A DNA stretch of 53,187 bases from the sequence record DRR723986_4629; one strand, 5' to 3'. This document shows positions 1-11,695 of the stretch, piece by piece. Under the pieces are notes generated by a model, which saw only the letters and a list, made by a program, of their open reading frames with translations, did not search any database and was not told the DNA's origin. The position numbers and the translations under genes were made by a program. Within the stretch, counting starts at the first letter, position 1. The number at the start of each line of letters is the position of its first letter.

Positions 1-1134
1 CAGCAGCACGTTCATGTGGCCAGGCATACGGCCTGCAACCGGGTGAATCGCGTACTTCACCGTAACACCCATGTGAGTCAGCTTCTCGCTCAGTTCTTTC
101 AAGGCGTGCTGCGCGCGGGCAACCGCCAAACCGTAACCGGGCACAATCACCACGGTTTCTGCGTTGGTCAGCAAGAAAGCCACATCATCGGAGGAACCAC
201 TTTTCACGGTGCGTTGTTGGCCACCACCTGCTGCGCCTGCATCGGCTTCGCCGCCAAAACCACCCAAAATCACGTTGAAGAAGGAGCGGTTCATGGCCTT
301 ACACATGATGTATGAAAGGATCGCACCGGAAGAACCTACCAGCGAACCTGCCACGATCAACATGCTGTTGTTCAGCGAGAAACCAATACCTGCTGCCGCC
401 CAGCCAGAGTAGCTGTTCAGCATGGACACCACCACGGGCATGTCAGCCCCGCCGATCGGGATAATCAACGTCACGCCTAGGATGAACGCCGCGATTGTCA
501 TGATGATGAAAGGAGTCCAGTCTTGCGTCACAGCAAACCAGATACCGCAACCCACCATCACGATGCCCAAAATAGCATTGAGCTGGTGCTGACCGGTGAA
601 CCGCACAGGTGCACCCTGGAACAAGCGGAACTTGTATTTGCCGCTCAGTTTGCCGAAGGCGATCACGGAGCCAGAGAAGGTGATTGCACCCACGAAGGTA
701 CCGATAAACAGCTCAATTTTGTTACCCAGTGGAATGTCGAAATTGCCCTTGGCGGTGATACCAAATGCGTCGGGCTCAGCCACCGCCGCAATGGCAATGG
801 CCACAGCGGCCAAACCAATCATGCTGTGCATGAAAGCAACCAGCTCAGGCATTTTTGTCATTTCGACGCGCTTGGCCATCACGGTACCCAAACCACCGCC
901 CACTACCAAACCAGCCAGCACCCAGCCAAGGCCGGTTACCGCGGATTGGCCTGCAATTTCAGCCAGCTTGAATACCAGGGCAATTGTCGTGACAATCGCA
1001 ATCGCCATACCCACCATACCGAAGGTATTGCCCATTCGGGATGTCGTGGGGTGTGAAAGGCCCTTCAAGGCCTGAATGAAACAGATTGACGCCACCAAGT
1101 ACAACAGCGTCACTGCATTGAAACTCAATTCCAT
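1..1134 (-). CDS. pntB: NAD(P)+ transhydrogenase beta subunit (3' end runs off the window)
   Basis: Not in the ORF track. Reading the minus strand from the ATG at 1134 (GGAG upstream) gives a hydrophobic N-terminus, and the frame ends at the window edge with VKYAIHPVAGRMPGHMNVLL, the PntB signature. Confidence 0.95.
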   Translation of the reverse strand, partial: MELSFNAVTLLYLVASICFIQALKGLSHPTTSRMGNTFGMVGMAIAIVTTIALVFKLAEIAGQSAVTGLGWVLAGLVVGGGLGTVMAKRVEMTKMPELVAFMHSMIGLAAVAIAIAAVAEPDAFGITAKGNFDIPLGNKIELFIGTFVGAITFSGSVIAFGKLSGKYKFRLFQGAPVRFTGQHQLNAILGIVMVGCGIWFAVTQDWTPFIIMTIAAFILGVTLIIPIGGADMPVVVSMLNSYSGWAAAGIGFSLNNSMLIVAGSLVGSSGAILSYIMCKAMNRSFFNVILGGFGGEADAGAAGGGQQRTVKSGSSDDVAFLLTNAETVVIVPGYGLAVARAQHALKELSEKLTHMGVTVKYAIHPVAGRMPGHMNVLL

Positions 1135-1158
1135 AAATTTCTCCAGATCGCTGTTGGT

Positions 1159-1452
1159 TTATTTGTTCTTTTTCTTGAACATTTCAAGCATGCGACGGGT
1201 GACCAAAAATCCACCAAACACATTCACAGCAGCCAAAGCCACAGCCAGAACACCCATGAATTTACCCAAGGGCGTTACGGTCAGTGCGGCTGCAAGCATG
1301 GCGCCCACAATCACGATTGCTGAAATGGCGTTGGTCACCGCCATCAAAGGCGTGTGCAGCGCAGGGGTTACGTTCCAAACCACGTGGTAACCCACGTAAA
1401 TAGCCAGTACGAAAATAATCAGGTTGACCACGGTGGGGCTAATTGCGTCCAT
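1159..1452 (-). CDS. pntAB: NAD(P)+ transhydrogenase alpha subunit part 2 (membrane part)
   Basis: [17 protein letters not shown] and [13 protein letters not shown] motifs. Start moved to the ATG at 1452, which has an AAGGAG RBS. Confidence 0.93.
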   Translation of the reverse strand: MDAISPTVVNLIIFVLAIYVGYHVVWNVTPALHTPLMAVTNAISAIVIVGAMLAAALTVTPLGKFMGVLAVALAAVNVFGGFLVTRRMLEMFKKKNK

Positions 1453-1465
1453 GTTGGCTCCTTCC

Positions 1466-2593
1466 TTAAGCGTTTTTGCGTTTGAGTTCGCCACCGGTGC
1501 ACATCAGGCACGCAGCAACAATGTCGTCTTCCATGTCGATCTTGAAGGCGCCTTCCTTGTCGAAAACAAGCTTCAGGAAATCAATCACGTTACGGGCGTA
1601 AAGTGCAGAAGCGTCTGCAGCCACCATGGCGGGCAAATTGGCATAGCCCACAATTTTCACGCCATTCACATCGACAATCTCATTCAACTTGGACAGGGGG
1701 CAGTTACCACCCTGTTCCACAGCCAGGTCAATGACCACTGAACCAGGCTTCATTGCACGCACGGTCTCTTCGTGCAGCAAGGTAGGCGCTTTGCGGCCAG
1801 GAATCAAAGCCGTGGTAATCACAATGTCGCTTTTGATCGCACGTTCGTGAACCGCAGCAGCCTGGCGCTTCATCCAGCTATCTGGCATGGGGCGGGCATA
1901 ACCACCTACACCCTGGGCAATTTCGCGCTCTTCGTCTGACTCAAAAGGCACGTCCACAAACTTTGCACCCAAAGATTCGACCTGCTCTTTCGTGGCGGGG
2001 CGTACATCTGAGGCCTCAATCACCGCACCCAAACGCTTTGCCGTTGCAATGGCCTGCAAGCCTGCAACACCCACACCGAGAATAAGAACGCGAGCAGCTT
2101 TTACAGTACCTGCTGCGGTCATCAACATGGGCATGAAGCGCTGATAGACGTTGGCTGCAATCATTACGGCCTTGTAACCAGCAATGTTGGCTTGTGATGA
2201 CAGCACATCCATGCTTTGAGCGCGCGTCGTGCGTGGTGCCGCTTCCAGAGCAAATGCGGTCAGGCCAGCCTTGTTCATGGCTTCCAACGATGCATTGTCA
2301 AAGGGGTTCAGCATGCCAACCACCACCTGACCTGCGCGATAGGCCGACAATTCGTTTTCAGCGGGCGCACGCACTTTCAGGATCATGTCGCAGTTGCTGA
2401 TTACATCCATCGCACGATCAACAATTGTTGCACCCACATCGCTGTAGGCCTGATCGGTGATCGAGCTGGCAATACCTGCACCGGCTTGAACAAACACTTC
2501 GTGTTTTTGAGAAATGAGCTTCTTCACCGTTTCAGGTGTTGCGGCTACACGCGTTTCTCCGGACCTTGTCTCGGCCGGGATTCCGATTTTCAT
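1466..2593 (-). CDS. pntAA: NAD(P)+ transhydrogenase alpha subunit part 1 (dI, NAD-binding)
   Basis: [35 protein letters not shown] and [12 protein letters not shown] motifs. Confidence 0.95.
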   Translation of the reverse strand: MKIGIPAETRSGETRVAATPETVKKLISQKHEVFVQAGAGIASSITDQAYSDVGATIVDRAMDVISNCDMILKVRAPAENELSAYRAGQVVVGMLNPFDNASLEAMNKAGLTAFALEAAPRTTRAQSMDVLSSQANIAGYKAVMIAANVYQRFMPMLMTAAGTVKAARVLILGVGVAGLQAIATAKRLGAVIEASDVRPATKEQVESLGAKFVDVPFESDEEREIAQGVGGYARPMPDSWMKRQAAAVHERAIKSDIVITTALIPGRKAPTLLHEETVRAMKPGSVVIDLAVEQGGNCPLSKLNEIVDVNGVKIVGYANLPAMVAADASALYARNVIDFLKLVFDKEGAFKIDMEDDIVAACLMCTGGELKRKNA

Positions 2594-2827
2594 GGAACTT
2601 CTCCTTGTGGGAAAGCGCTTTTATTTGATGTTTAGGAACTGCAAATACACTGCTGGTGCGGACTATAGCACGGTAGTATCACCCAATCTAAGGGATTACC
2701 ACAACCCAGCATCTGACAATAATTCTTGTCAAATAATAATTGAATCCGTTCAAATTGTGTGGAGTCAGCGATCTAAGCATCAATCGGCGAAAGGTGAAAA
2801 GCGAAGGGCTGCTTCTGGGTCAAAATT

Positions 2828-3700
2828 TCAGTGCCTGGCCTGCTCAATGTGGTCACACACCAACCTTGCGGCTTCAATCAGGCGCGGGCCGTTTCGTACC
2901 AGGATGTCATTGGGAATGGTGTATACCTGACCAAGCTTTACAGCGGGCAACTGAGGCCAGTCAGCCCATTGCTTGAGGAAACCTTGATGATCGCGAGTAG
3001 AGCCACTGGCCAGCAACACCTCTGGCTTGCGCTTCAGTACCCCTTCCACGCTCACTTGTGCAGCAAGGTTTGGCAAATCAACAAATATGTTTCGCCCGCC
3101 ACACAGCTCTATCACTTCTGACACAGCATGCTGCCCACCCAAAGTCATCAGTGGCTGACTCCACACCTGATAAAACACCGGCACTATTGCACGACCGCTG
3201 TATTCAGCCCGCAAAGCCTTGAACTGCTGCAACCAATCGTCTATGCGGGAAGCACTTCTCTGCTCTGTGCCCAGCAGGGCAGACAACCTGCGCATAGTGC
3301 TAGCCACCTGCTCAATTTTCTTGGGCTCGCTGACAAATACTGGCACACCCGCTTTGCGAAGCTGTGCCACAACTTCCATTGAAATACCTGATTGCCACAC
3401 CAGCACCAAATCGGGTTTGCGGGCGAGAATTGATTCTGCGCTGAGCATCCAGGGGTTGCCCAACTTGGGCAAAGCATTCACGCTTTCTGGAAAATTACTG
3501 GAACCATCCACTGCAATTACCTTGCTCATACCACCCACGAAATCCACAATTTCCGTGAGGTGCGGTGCAAGCACCAGCACCCGCTGGGCTTGCTGTACAC
3601 ACACGGTTTGGTTTGTGTCGTCCAGGACGCAGACAGCAGCCACTGCCTGGCCAGAAAGCCAGGTCAGGCAAACCGCTGCGAGCAAACGAATGCATTTCAT
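2828..3700 (-). CDS. btuF: Periplasmic cobalamin-binding protein (BtuF-like)
   Basis: Signal peptide, LAPHLTE, CGGRNIF and RNGPRL motifs. Lies directly downstream of btuB under a B12 riboswitch. Confidence 0.85.
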   Translation of the reverse strand: MKCIRLLAAVCLTWLSGQAVAAVCVLDDTNQTVCVQQAQRVLVLAPHLTEIVDFVGGMSKVIAVDGSSNFPESVNALPKLGNPWMLSAESILARKPDLVLVWQSGISMEVVAQLRKAGVPVFVSEPKKIEQVASTMRRLSALLGTEQRSASRIDDWLQQFKALRAEYSGRAIVPVFYQVWSQPLMTLGGQHAVSEVIELCGGRNIFVDLPNLAAQVSVEGVLKRKPEVLLASGSTRDHQGFLKQWADWPQLPAVKLGQVYTIPNDILVRNGPRLIEAARLVCDHIEQARH

Positions 3701-3705
3701 GACAA

Positions 3706-5631
3706 TTAAAACTCGGCATTCAGATTGACAAAAAACGCACGACCAATTTCCGGATAAATGCCGTTCGGGCCAAACTGGGTTCGGTAGTATTGCTTGTCCA
3801 ACACGTTTTGAAGTTGGAACACCACGCTGTAAGAATCAGCACGATATCTCCAGTTCAAATCGAGCACGCCAAAGCCCGGGATCTGCAGATCCGTATTCGC
3901 GGCTGAACGTTGATCCGACTGAATATTCAAAATTGCCTCTGTCGACACACTCGATGTCCAGTCATATTCGGTGGCCACCTTCAAATTGTGGGCAGCCACC
4001 AGAGGAACACGGCCTCCACTCAGCGAGCCTGATTTAAACTCAGCATCCAAATACTGGTATGCGGCGATCATGCGCAGGTCTTTCCGAATACTGCCATTCC
4101 ATTTCAACTCTGCGCCTTGCCTGCGCAGTTCGTCCAAATTGCTGTTCAAACCATTGATGAACAACGTAGGGTCCACAATGGTCGGGTCGAAAAACAATTC
4201 ATTGTCCACATCCATCACGAACAGCGTCGAGCTGAATTCACCATTCCACAAACCAGTTTTCAAACCCACTTCAAATTCGTCAGCAATTTGAGGATTCAAA
4301 AATGGAACACGTGTTGTGCCAACACCCGCAAACCCGTTTTCATTGGCATTCGGAATTCTAAAACTGCGAGCCAATTTCGAGAACAATGTGAGATTTTCGG
4401 CAGCGTTCCATGAAGCACCCAACTGATGGGCCACCAGAGAATAATCGCGTGTCTGGCCACTGGCTTTTTGCTGCTCGGAACGCTCGTAACGACTACCCGC
4501 GTTGATTCGCAGAACATCATTCACCGTCCAGTCATCTTCAATGAAAATTGCATTTGATTCTAGCGTTCCGGCATCAAACCCGCGCAGCGCAGCCTTCTCG
4601 ATGTCGTAACCAACCCGAATCACATGGGCACCCGTGCTGTGGGGCAGCGTGAAAGTGAGGTAGGGACTGATTTGATCCTGTTCATATTCCGAACGAGCGT
4701 CAAAAACGAAGGTACCAAAATCAAACGATCCCAATGCTTCGTGAGTGCGTCGACTTACACGCACACCAGTGCCCCAATTGCCGTAATCCGCCTCACCATA
4801 AAACCGGAATGTATTTCGCTCAAAAGAGCCGAAATCATTGGGGCTGTTCGTTTGCTTTGGGTTCTGCTCGAACTGCGCGCGGTTCAATGAACCGGGAAAA
4901 CGCGACCTGGACCCCTCAGCCGAGAAAGATGCGCCTGCACTGTACACATCGCCTTGCCAATCCAGCGCAAGGCTACCCAAATCGCGGCTGGCTTCGCTGT
5001 TGTCGCGGTACCCGTTCGTAAACTCTTTTGATCCGTTGAACACAAGTGAGAAACCATTCGCACCACCGTACAGAGTTGCGCCCAATTCTTTGGTGTCATA
5101 GGAACCATAAGATGCAAATACGTCACCACCGAAACCTTCACGCCCCCTGCCTTTTTTAGTGGTAATTCGAATGACACCGCCACTGGCACCGCTGCCATAG
5201 GCAACAGAGCTTCCACCGCGAATTACTTCAATAGTTTCAATGCTACTAACAGGTATGCTGCCATAACGCGGCGTAACACCCTCGTTGTCGTTGAGCTTCA
5301 CGCCATCAACCACAAACACCACGTTGGCCGACGCAGTTTCTCCAAAGCCACGCAAATCAACTGATGCACTGCGACTGCCGTCCAGCGGTGTGCGCACGTT
5401 GACCAAAGCCAGCTTGGAAAGCACGTCACGTACGGTGGTGTAACCAGACTGGCGAATCTGCTCAGCGGTAATCACCGTGGTTGAAAATGGTTGATCTTTT
5501 TCTGACACAGCAGTGTGTGTGGACGACACGAAAACAGGCGGCAGCGCATAAAAGGCCAATTCTTCCTGGGCAAGCGCTGGCGAAGCAGCCAACAAACAAA
5601 CGATTGGTAATTTTTGAAAACGAATAGACAC
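3706..5631 (-). CDS. btuB: TonB-dependent outer membrane receptor, probably for cobalamin
   Basis: Plug motifs (DLRGFG, VVDGV, IEVIRGGSSVAYGSGASGGVIRITTK), beta-barrel pattern and C-terminal Phe. Start moved to the GTG at 5631 (GGAG RBS, signal peptide follows). Preceded by a cobalamin riboswitch. Confidence 0.88.
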   Translation of the reverse strand: MSIRFQKLPIVCLLAASPALAQEELAFYALPPVFVSSTHTAVSEKDQPFSTTVITAEQIRQSGYTTVRDVLSKLALVNVRTPLDGSRSASVDLRGFGETASANVVFVVDGVKLNDNEGVTPRYGSIPVSSIETIEVIRGGSSVAYGSGASGGVIRITTKKGRGREGFGGDVFASYGSYDTKELGATLYGGANGFSLVFNGSKEFTNGYRDNSEASRDLGSLALDWQGDVYSAGASFSAEGSRSRFPGSLNRAQFEQNPKQTNSPNDFGSFERNTFRFYGEADYGNWGTGVRVSRRTHEALGSFDFGTFVFDARSEYEQDQISPYLTFTLPHSTGAHVIRVGYDIEKAALRGFDAGTLESNAIFIEDDWTVNDVLRINAGSRYERSEQQKASGQTRDYSLVAHQLGASWNAAENLTLFSKLARSFRIPNANENGFAGVGTTRVPFLNPQIADEFEVGLKTGLWNGEFSSTLFVMDVDNELFFDPTIVDPTLFINGLNSNLDELRRQGAELKWNGSIRKDLRMIAAYQYLDAEFKSGSLSGGRVPLVAAHNLKVATEYDWTSSVSTEAILNIQSDQRSAANTDLQIPGFGVLDLNWRYRADSYSVVFQLQNVLDKQYYRTQFGPNGIYPEIGRAFFVNLNAEF

Positions 5632-5835
5632 CTTGAACTCCAGTAAACCGCACCCACCGTGCAGCAATAAATTCACTGGAGAAGACAAAGAACAGGCGAA
5701 AGAACAGTGCACGCAACAAAACCACGGACAATACGCCAGGGTAAGTTACGGAAAAAAGTTCGATTAGAAGCAATTAGCCGCCTGCGCACTGCCTCCCCGC
5801 AGCACCAGTCGCTCGCCTGAATGGGACGGGCTGAA

Positions 5836-6026
5836 CGGTCAAGGCCGGTATCCGGGCTTGTAAGTTTTGATGTGTCGCCTTCCCAGTTGCTGTGTTTTTA
5901 GAGCAGCTTTACTACCAGTGGCAAAATGACACACCCGCACTTACTTACCGTTGCGGGGGCAGCGCAGGCTTGGACCTGCTTCCCGTTTAACTGCGCTCAA
6001 AAAATGAGCACAAGCACCTTAACCCT
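5836..6026 (-). ncRNA. Cobalamin (AdoCbl) riboswitch
   Basis: Minus strand reads AAGGTGC...TAAACGGGAA...CTGCCCCCGCAACGGTAA...GCCACTGG...CTGGGAAGG...AAGCCCGGATACCGGCC (B12 box), upstream of btuB. A TAGAAT -10-like hexamer sits at 6030-6035. Confidence 0.95.
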
Positions 6027-6094
6027 GCTATTCTAACGTGTTTTTTAACTCCCAACCCTCGGCGCACTCTGTTTAGGTAGTGCGATTGAAAGCC

Positions 6095-6610
6095 ATGTCA
6101 GAAGTCTGGAAACCCAGCGTTACAGTAGCCGCCATTGTTGAACATCAGGGCAAATTCCTGATTGTGGAAGAACACACCACCGATGGCATCAAGCTGAACC
6201 AACCCGCAGGCCACCTGGACCCAGGTGAAACGCCGCAGTTTGGTGCTGCCCGCGAGGCACTTGAAGAATCGGCTTGGGAAGTAAAACCTGTAGGGTTGTT
6301 GGGCATTTACATGAGTCGCTACACCAGCTCACGCACGCTGGAGGATGTGACTTATCTTCGCTTCGCATTTGCGGCCGAGGTGGTTAAACACCACACAGAG
6401 CGTGCCCTGGACGACGGCATTATTCGCACCCTGTGGATGACAGTTGAAGAACTGCGTGCCACGCAAGACCAACACCGCAGCCCCTTGGTGATGCGCTGTG
6501 TTGAGGACTTCCTGAACTGGAAAGCCGGCAAGCAACCCATCATGCCGCTTGAGCATGTGTACACACACCCCAGCGTACTTGCAGGGCCCATGCCCCCCGG
6601 CGTATCGTAA
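6095..6610 (+). CDS. NUDIX hydrolase (NudJ/YmfB-like)
   Basis: [12 protein letters not shown]...AAREALEES Nudix box. Conserved position before mnmA. Start taken at the ATG at 6095. Confidence 0.88.
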   Translation: MSEVWKPSVTVAAIVEHQGKFLIVEEHTTDGIKLNQPAGHLDPGETPQFGAAREALEESAWEVKPVGLLGIYMSRYTSSRTLEDVTYLRFAFAAEVVKHHTERALDDGIIRTLWMTVEELRATQDQHRSPLVMRCVEDFLNWKAGKQPIMPLEHVYTHPSVLAGPMPPGVS

Positions 6611-6615
6611 GCATC

Positions 6616-7683
6616 ATGGCAAAAACAGTAGTTATCGGCATGTCGGGCGGGGTTGATTCCTCAGTGTCGGCGTGGCTGCTCAAGCAGCAGGGTTACAACG
6701 TGATCGGTCTTTTCATGAAAAACTGGGAAGACGATGACGACTCGGAATATTGTTCCAGCCGGCAAGACTGGCTAGACGCTGCAAGTGTGGCTGACGTGGT
6801 GGGCGTGGACATTGAAGCCGTCAACTTCGCCAGCGAATACAAAGACCGGGTTTTCTCGGTGTTTCTCAGCGAGTACTCGGCAGGCCGCACCCCAAACCCG
6901 GACATTCTCTGCAACAGCGAGATCAAGTTCAAAGCCTTCCTGGATCATGCCTACAGCCTGGGCGCCGATTACATCGCAACCGGCCACTATGCCCGCGTAC
7001 GGGAAGTCAACGGTGAATTCCAGCTTCTGAAAGCGGTGGACCACAGCAAAGATCAATCGTACTTTTTGCACCGGCTGAACCAAGCGCAGCTGAGTAAAAC
7101 CCTGTTTCCGCTCGGTGAGATCCAGAAAACCGAAGTGCGGAAAATAGCGCTTGAACTGGGTTTGGCCAATGCCACCAAAAAAGACAGCACTGGCATTTGC
7201 TTCATTGGCGAGCGGCCTTTCCGTGAGTTTTTAAACCGCTACCTACCCACCGCGCCTGGCCCCATTCTGAATGACGAGGGCCATCAAATTGGCGAGCATG
7301 TGGGCTTAAGCTTTTACACACTGGGACAGCGCAAAGGCATTGGTATTGGCGGCCAGAAAGAAGGCAACGGCGAACCCTGGTTTGTGGCCCGCAAGGATCT
7401 GAAAAACAACACGCTGTATGTGGTGCAAGGTCATGACCACCCTTGGTTGCACCAGAAAGTGTTGACAGCCGAACAGGCCCACTACATTTCCGGTCACGCG
7501 CCTTCAGAAATACACATGGCGTGCAAGGCGCGCTATCGCCAGGAAGACTCGACTTGTGACTTCAAATTGACCAATCAAGGTTTTGAGTTGAATTTCACCG
7601 AAAGCCAGTTTGCAGTGACACCGGGGCAAAGCGCTGTTTTGTACCAAGGGGATGTATGCTTGGGCGGCGGTGTGATTGCCTGA
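6616..7683 (+). CDS. mnmA: tRNA 2-thiouridine(34) synthase
   Basis: [37 protein letters not shown] and PGQ motifs. Confidence 0.97.
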   Translation: MAKTVVIGMSGGVDSSVSAWLLKQQGYNVIGLFMKNWEDDDDSEYCSSRQDWLDAASVADVVGVDIEAVNFASEYKDRVFSVFLSEYSAGRTPNPDILCNSEIKFKAFLDHAYSLGADYIATGHYARVREVNGEFQLLKAVDHSKDQSYFLHRLNQAQLSKTLFPLGEIQKTEVRKIALELGLANATKKDSTGICFIGERPFREFLNRYLPTAPGPILNDEGHQIGEHVGLSFYTLGQRKGIGIGGQKEGNGEPWFVARKDLKNNTLYVVQGHDHPWLHQKVLTAEQAHYISGHAPSEIHMACKARYRQEDSTCDFKLTNQGFELNFTESQFAVTPGQSAVLYQGDVCLGGGVIA

Positions 7684-7699
7684 AGCGCACTTCGACCAT

Positions 7700-7742
7700 G
7701 AAAAAAGCCCTGGCTGGCTACACGCTGCTCAGGGCTTTTTTC
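7700..7742. terminator. Bidirectional intrinsic terminator between mnmA and the GST gene
   Basis: GAAAAAAGCCCTG...CAGGGCTTTTTTC inverted repeat with an A-tract and a T-tract, between convergent genes. Confidence 0.85.
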
Positions 7743-7763
7743 GTCCGCAATAATTGCTGGCAA

Positions 7764-8378
7764 TTACTGAGGTTTGGTGTCCTCAAAGCTTGGGCGACAG
7801 GCAATTCGTTCCGAATACTCATTCAATTCCGGATACAATTCGCGCCATTTCAGCTCTGGCATCCTGAAGTCCAGATAGAACAATGCACAACCAACCGTGA
7901 TATCGGCCAGGCTAAACTGCTCAGTCAGGTAAAAACCGGGGGTGGTTTTAATGCGGTGGGAAACCCAGGCCAAACCGTTGTGGATTTTTTGGGTTTGACG
8001 ATCAATCCAGGCTTGGCTCACTTTGTCGCCTTCATGGAATTTCTTCTCCAGAATAATATCGACTGCAGCCTGGCTAATGCCCTGACCCAGAGATTCCATG
8101 GTGCGGACCAAAGCACGCATATTGGGGTTTGTCGGCAACAGGGGCACTGTTGGCATCATGTATTCAAGTGTGCCTGAAATGACCAAAGAATCGAATACGG
8201 TCTGGCCGCCATCCAAAATCAGACAAGGCACCTTGCCCAGCGGATTGTGGTCAGTGATGCGGGTGTTTTCGTCCCACACATTTTCCAGAACAAACTCGTA
8301 CGGAATTTCTTTTTCTTGAAGCTGAACGCGAATTTTGCGCACGAAGGGGCTAGTCATGGATCCCACTAGTTTCATCAC
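7764..8378 (-). CDS. Glutathione S-transferase family protein
   Basis: SPFVRK, NPLGKVP, DS motif and FSLADI C-terminal motif. Confidence 0.9.
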   Translation of the reverse strand: MMKLVGSMTSPFVRKIRVQLQEKEIPYEFVLENVWDENTRITDHNPLGKVPCLILDGGQTVFDSLVISGTLEYMMPTVPLLPTNPNMRALVRTMESLGQGISQAAVDIILEKKFHEGDKVSQAWIDRQTQKIHNGLAWVSHRIKTTPGFYLTEQFSLADITVGCALFYLDFRMPELKWRELYPELNEYSERIACRPSFEDTKPQ

Positions 8379-8541
8379 AGTTCTCCTAAATACAATCCTG
8401 GATGAGATTGCGTCTTGTTTTTACGACCTGAAAGTGTCTAACAGTTTTACAAATTGAACAAGCAGAATTCCAAAATACCACCGCTGGCATCATTCTGTCC
8501 AAACAGTTCCCGATGAGACAGGTTACAATACAAGGCTTTGA

Positions 8542-9942
<1,401 letters not shown>

Positions 9943-10055
9943 CAATCGCGCCCCGAGGCTAAACGTCACCGTTTGTAAGTACCCTGCCTCGGGGATGATC
10001 AGCCCAAATTACCCACGCATACTCCAATACATCCAATTGTTTTTGGCGTTTGACC

Positions 10056-10502
10056 ATGCGTTCGGGCCTCGGATTTTCATTGATTGAGCTGACAGTTGCA
10101 ATCGCAATTGTGGGAGTACTTGCCACCCTTAGCTATGCCGGGTACGAGGCCTCTTGGGAAAAATCCAACTTTCGCACCATGAGAGAGTTTGGCATCGAGC
10201 TGGCGTTGGGTCAGCAGCTTCACCGACAACGTTATGGGCGATACGCACAAGACGTTTCAAGCAATGGCACACCGAATGCCAATCGATTGATCCTGCCTTC
10301 ATCGACCAAATACAACGTGCTGGTCTCTAATTCCGACTTTCGCGGGTATCGCGCAGAAATCACACCCAGCGCAGGTGCACCGATGAAGCTGCCCCAAGCC
10401 TGCAGAATCCTGATTGTTGAAAGCGACATGGGTATTCAGCGTTTTGGTGCCCGTTCTGCAAGCAACCAAAACACCTCGAACCAGTGTGTTCCTCATGGCT
10501 AA
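10056..10502 (+). CDS. Type IV minor pilin, PilE-like
   Basis: Class III signal G|FSLIE followed by a hydrophobic helix and Y..Y. Cys pair near the C-terminus. Confidence 0.8.
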   Translation: MRSGLGFSLIELTVAIAIVGVLATLSYAGYEASWEKSNFRTMREFGIELALGQQLHRQRYGRYAQDVSSNGTPNANRLILPSSTKYNVLVSNSDFRGYRAEITPSAGAPMKLPQACRILIVESDMGIQRFGARSASNQNTSNQCVPHG

Positions 10503-10983
10503 AGCAACTTGGGGCTTCACCTTGATTGAAATACTGATTGGTCTGGCCGTGCTGGGTGTGTTGGCTGTCTCAGCGATTCCCAGCATGAGCTCAGTGTTAA
10601 ACAAACAAACCTTGAAAGCAAAAGTCTCCCGCCTGGATACCTACGTGGAGCAGGCACGCAATTTGGCGGCAATTACCGAGTGCCCGGTTGAAATGAACCT
10701 GCGACCTGCAGACGCCGCAGTGAGCGTCAGTGTCAGTGTTCAACACGATCCTTTCATGAAGGGTTGCAGTGCATGGTACGCACAGACGGGCAGCCAGAAC
10801 AACCGCGGATTCTCAGGCACCCTGGGCAACGTCACCCTGGAAGATGCAGTACGCCTGAATTTCAATGCTGTGTCCGGTGTATTGGATACACAAAGCCAAA
10901 CGCGCTTGACCCTGAACTACCGCGACAGACGCGCAGAGATCATCTACTTGGGGATAGGCAATGGAGTAGTGCGCTATGACTGA
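10495..10983 (+). CDS. Type IV minor pilin, FimT/FimU (GspH)-like
   Basis: MAKATWG|FTLIEILIGLAVLGVLAVSAIP, an AR..A helix and an F...G motif. Start at the ATG at 10495, overlapping the upstream stop. Confidence 0.78.
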   Translation: MAKATWGFTLIEILIGLAVLGVLAVSAIPSMSSVLNKQTLKAKVSRLDTYVEQARNLAAITECPVEMNLRPADAAVSVSVSVQHDPFMKGCSAWYAQTGSQNNRGFSGTLGNVTLEDAVRLNFNAVSGVLDTQSQTRLTLNYRDRRAEIIYLGIGNGVVRYD

Positions 10984-11695
10984 CAAAAAACGTCACTCTC
11001 AGGGGGCATCTTCGGTCAGTCTGTTGATCGGCATGGCCTTGCTGACCATTAGTATTACGGGCGCACTCAAGTTAATGGGGGTCAGCATGCGCGCGCAAAA
11101 CGATCTGAATACCGAAAACCTGGTAGATCAAGTCAACCGGATTGGTGAAATTGTCACGGTCCACCTGAACCGGGGCGGCAGTTACCAAAACCCGGATGTG
11201 GAGGCCAAAGGCATTCAACTGTGTAGCCTGCAAAATCAGGCACCTCAGTGCAACGGATACCAGGCAAGCAACCGAAACTTCTGTTTGAGTATTCCTACCC
11301 GGGTCAGCCGCGGTGGAAACGACATCATTAATTTAACCGGCTTTCGTTTAATGAACGGGGTACTTGCCCAGCGGCAGCTGAACGGCGTCAACATGGCGCA
11401 GTTCGATCACGGTGCATTCTGCAACGACAGCCCAGACTGGCTTGATTTGAACAACACCCGCGACTTTGAATTCACCAACATCCGTTTTTGCAGGTTTCAG
11501 GCTGACACACCCAATCAAGTCACTGCGCATTATGAGCAGAACTGCAATTCGGTGATTGAAAACAACCCGGAATCCAATATGTTCTGGATCGCCATGTTCA
11601 AGGCCAGAATTGGCAACAACCTGACCGAAGGGCTTTATGAAGAGGCCCGAATCATTCACCTGCTGAACACCACGCGAGTAAGGGTTGGATCATGA
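10976..11695 (+). CDS. PilW-like pilin-domain protein with a degenerate prepilin motif
   Basis: Basic leader, then QG|ASSVSLLIGMALL and a Cys-rich globular domain. Overlaps both neighbours. Confidence 0.6.
   Translation: MTDKKRHSQGASSVSLLIGMALLTISITGALKLMGVSMRAQNDLNTENLVDQVNRIGEIVTVHLNRGGSYQNPDVEAKGIQLCSLQNQAPQCNGYQASNRNFCLSIPTRVSRGGNDIINLTGFRLMNGVLAQRQLNGVNMAQFDHGAFCNDSPDWLDLNNTRDFEFTNIRFCRFQADTPNQVTAHYEQNCNSVIENNPESNMFWIAMFKARIGNNLTEGLYEEARIIHLLNTTRVRVGS

Noticed and set aside
5462..5773. Hydrophobic 103 aa ORF in the btuB leader
   Set aside because: It overlaps btuB out of frame, and its hydrophobicity reflects the U-rich riboswitch leader.
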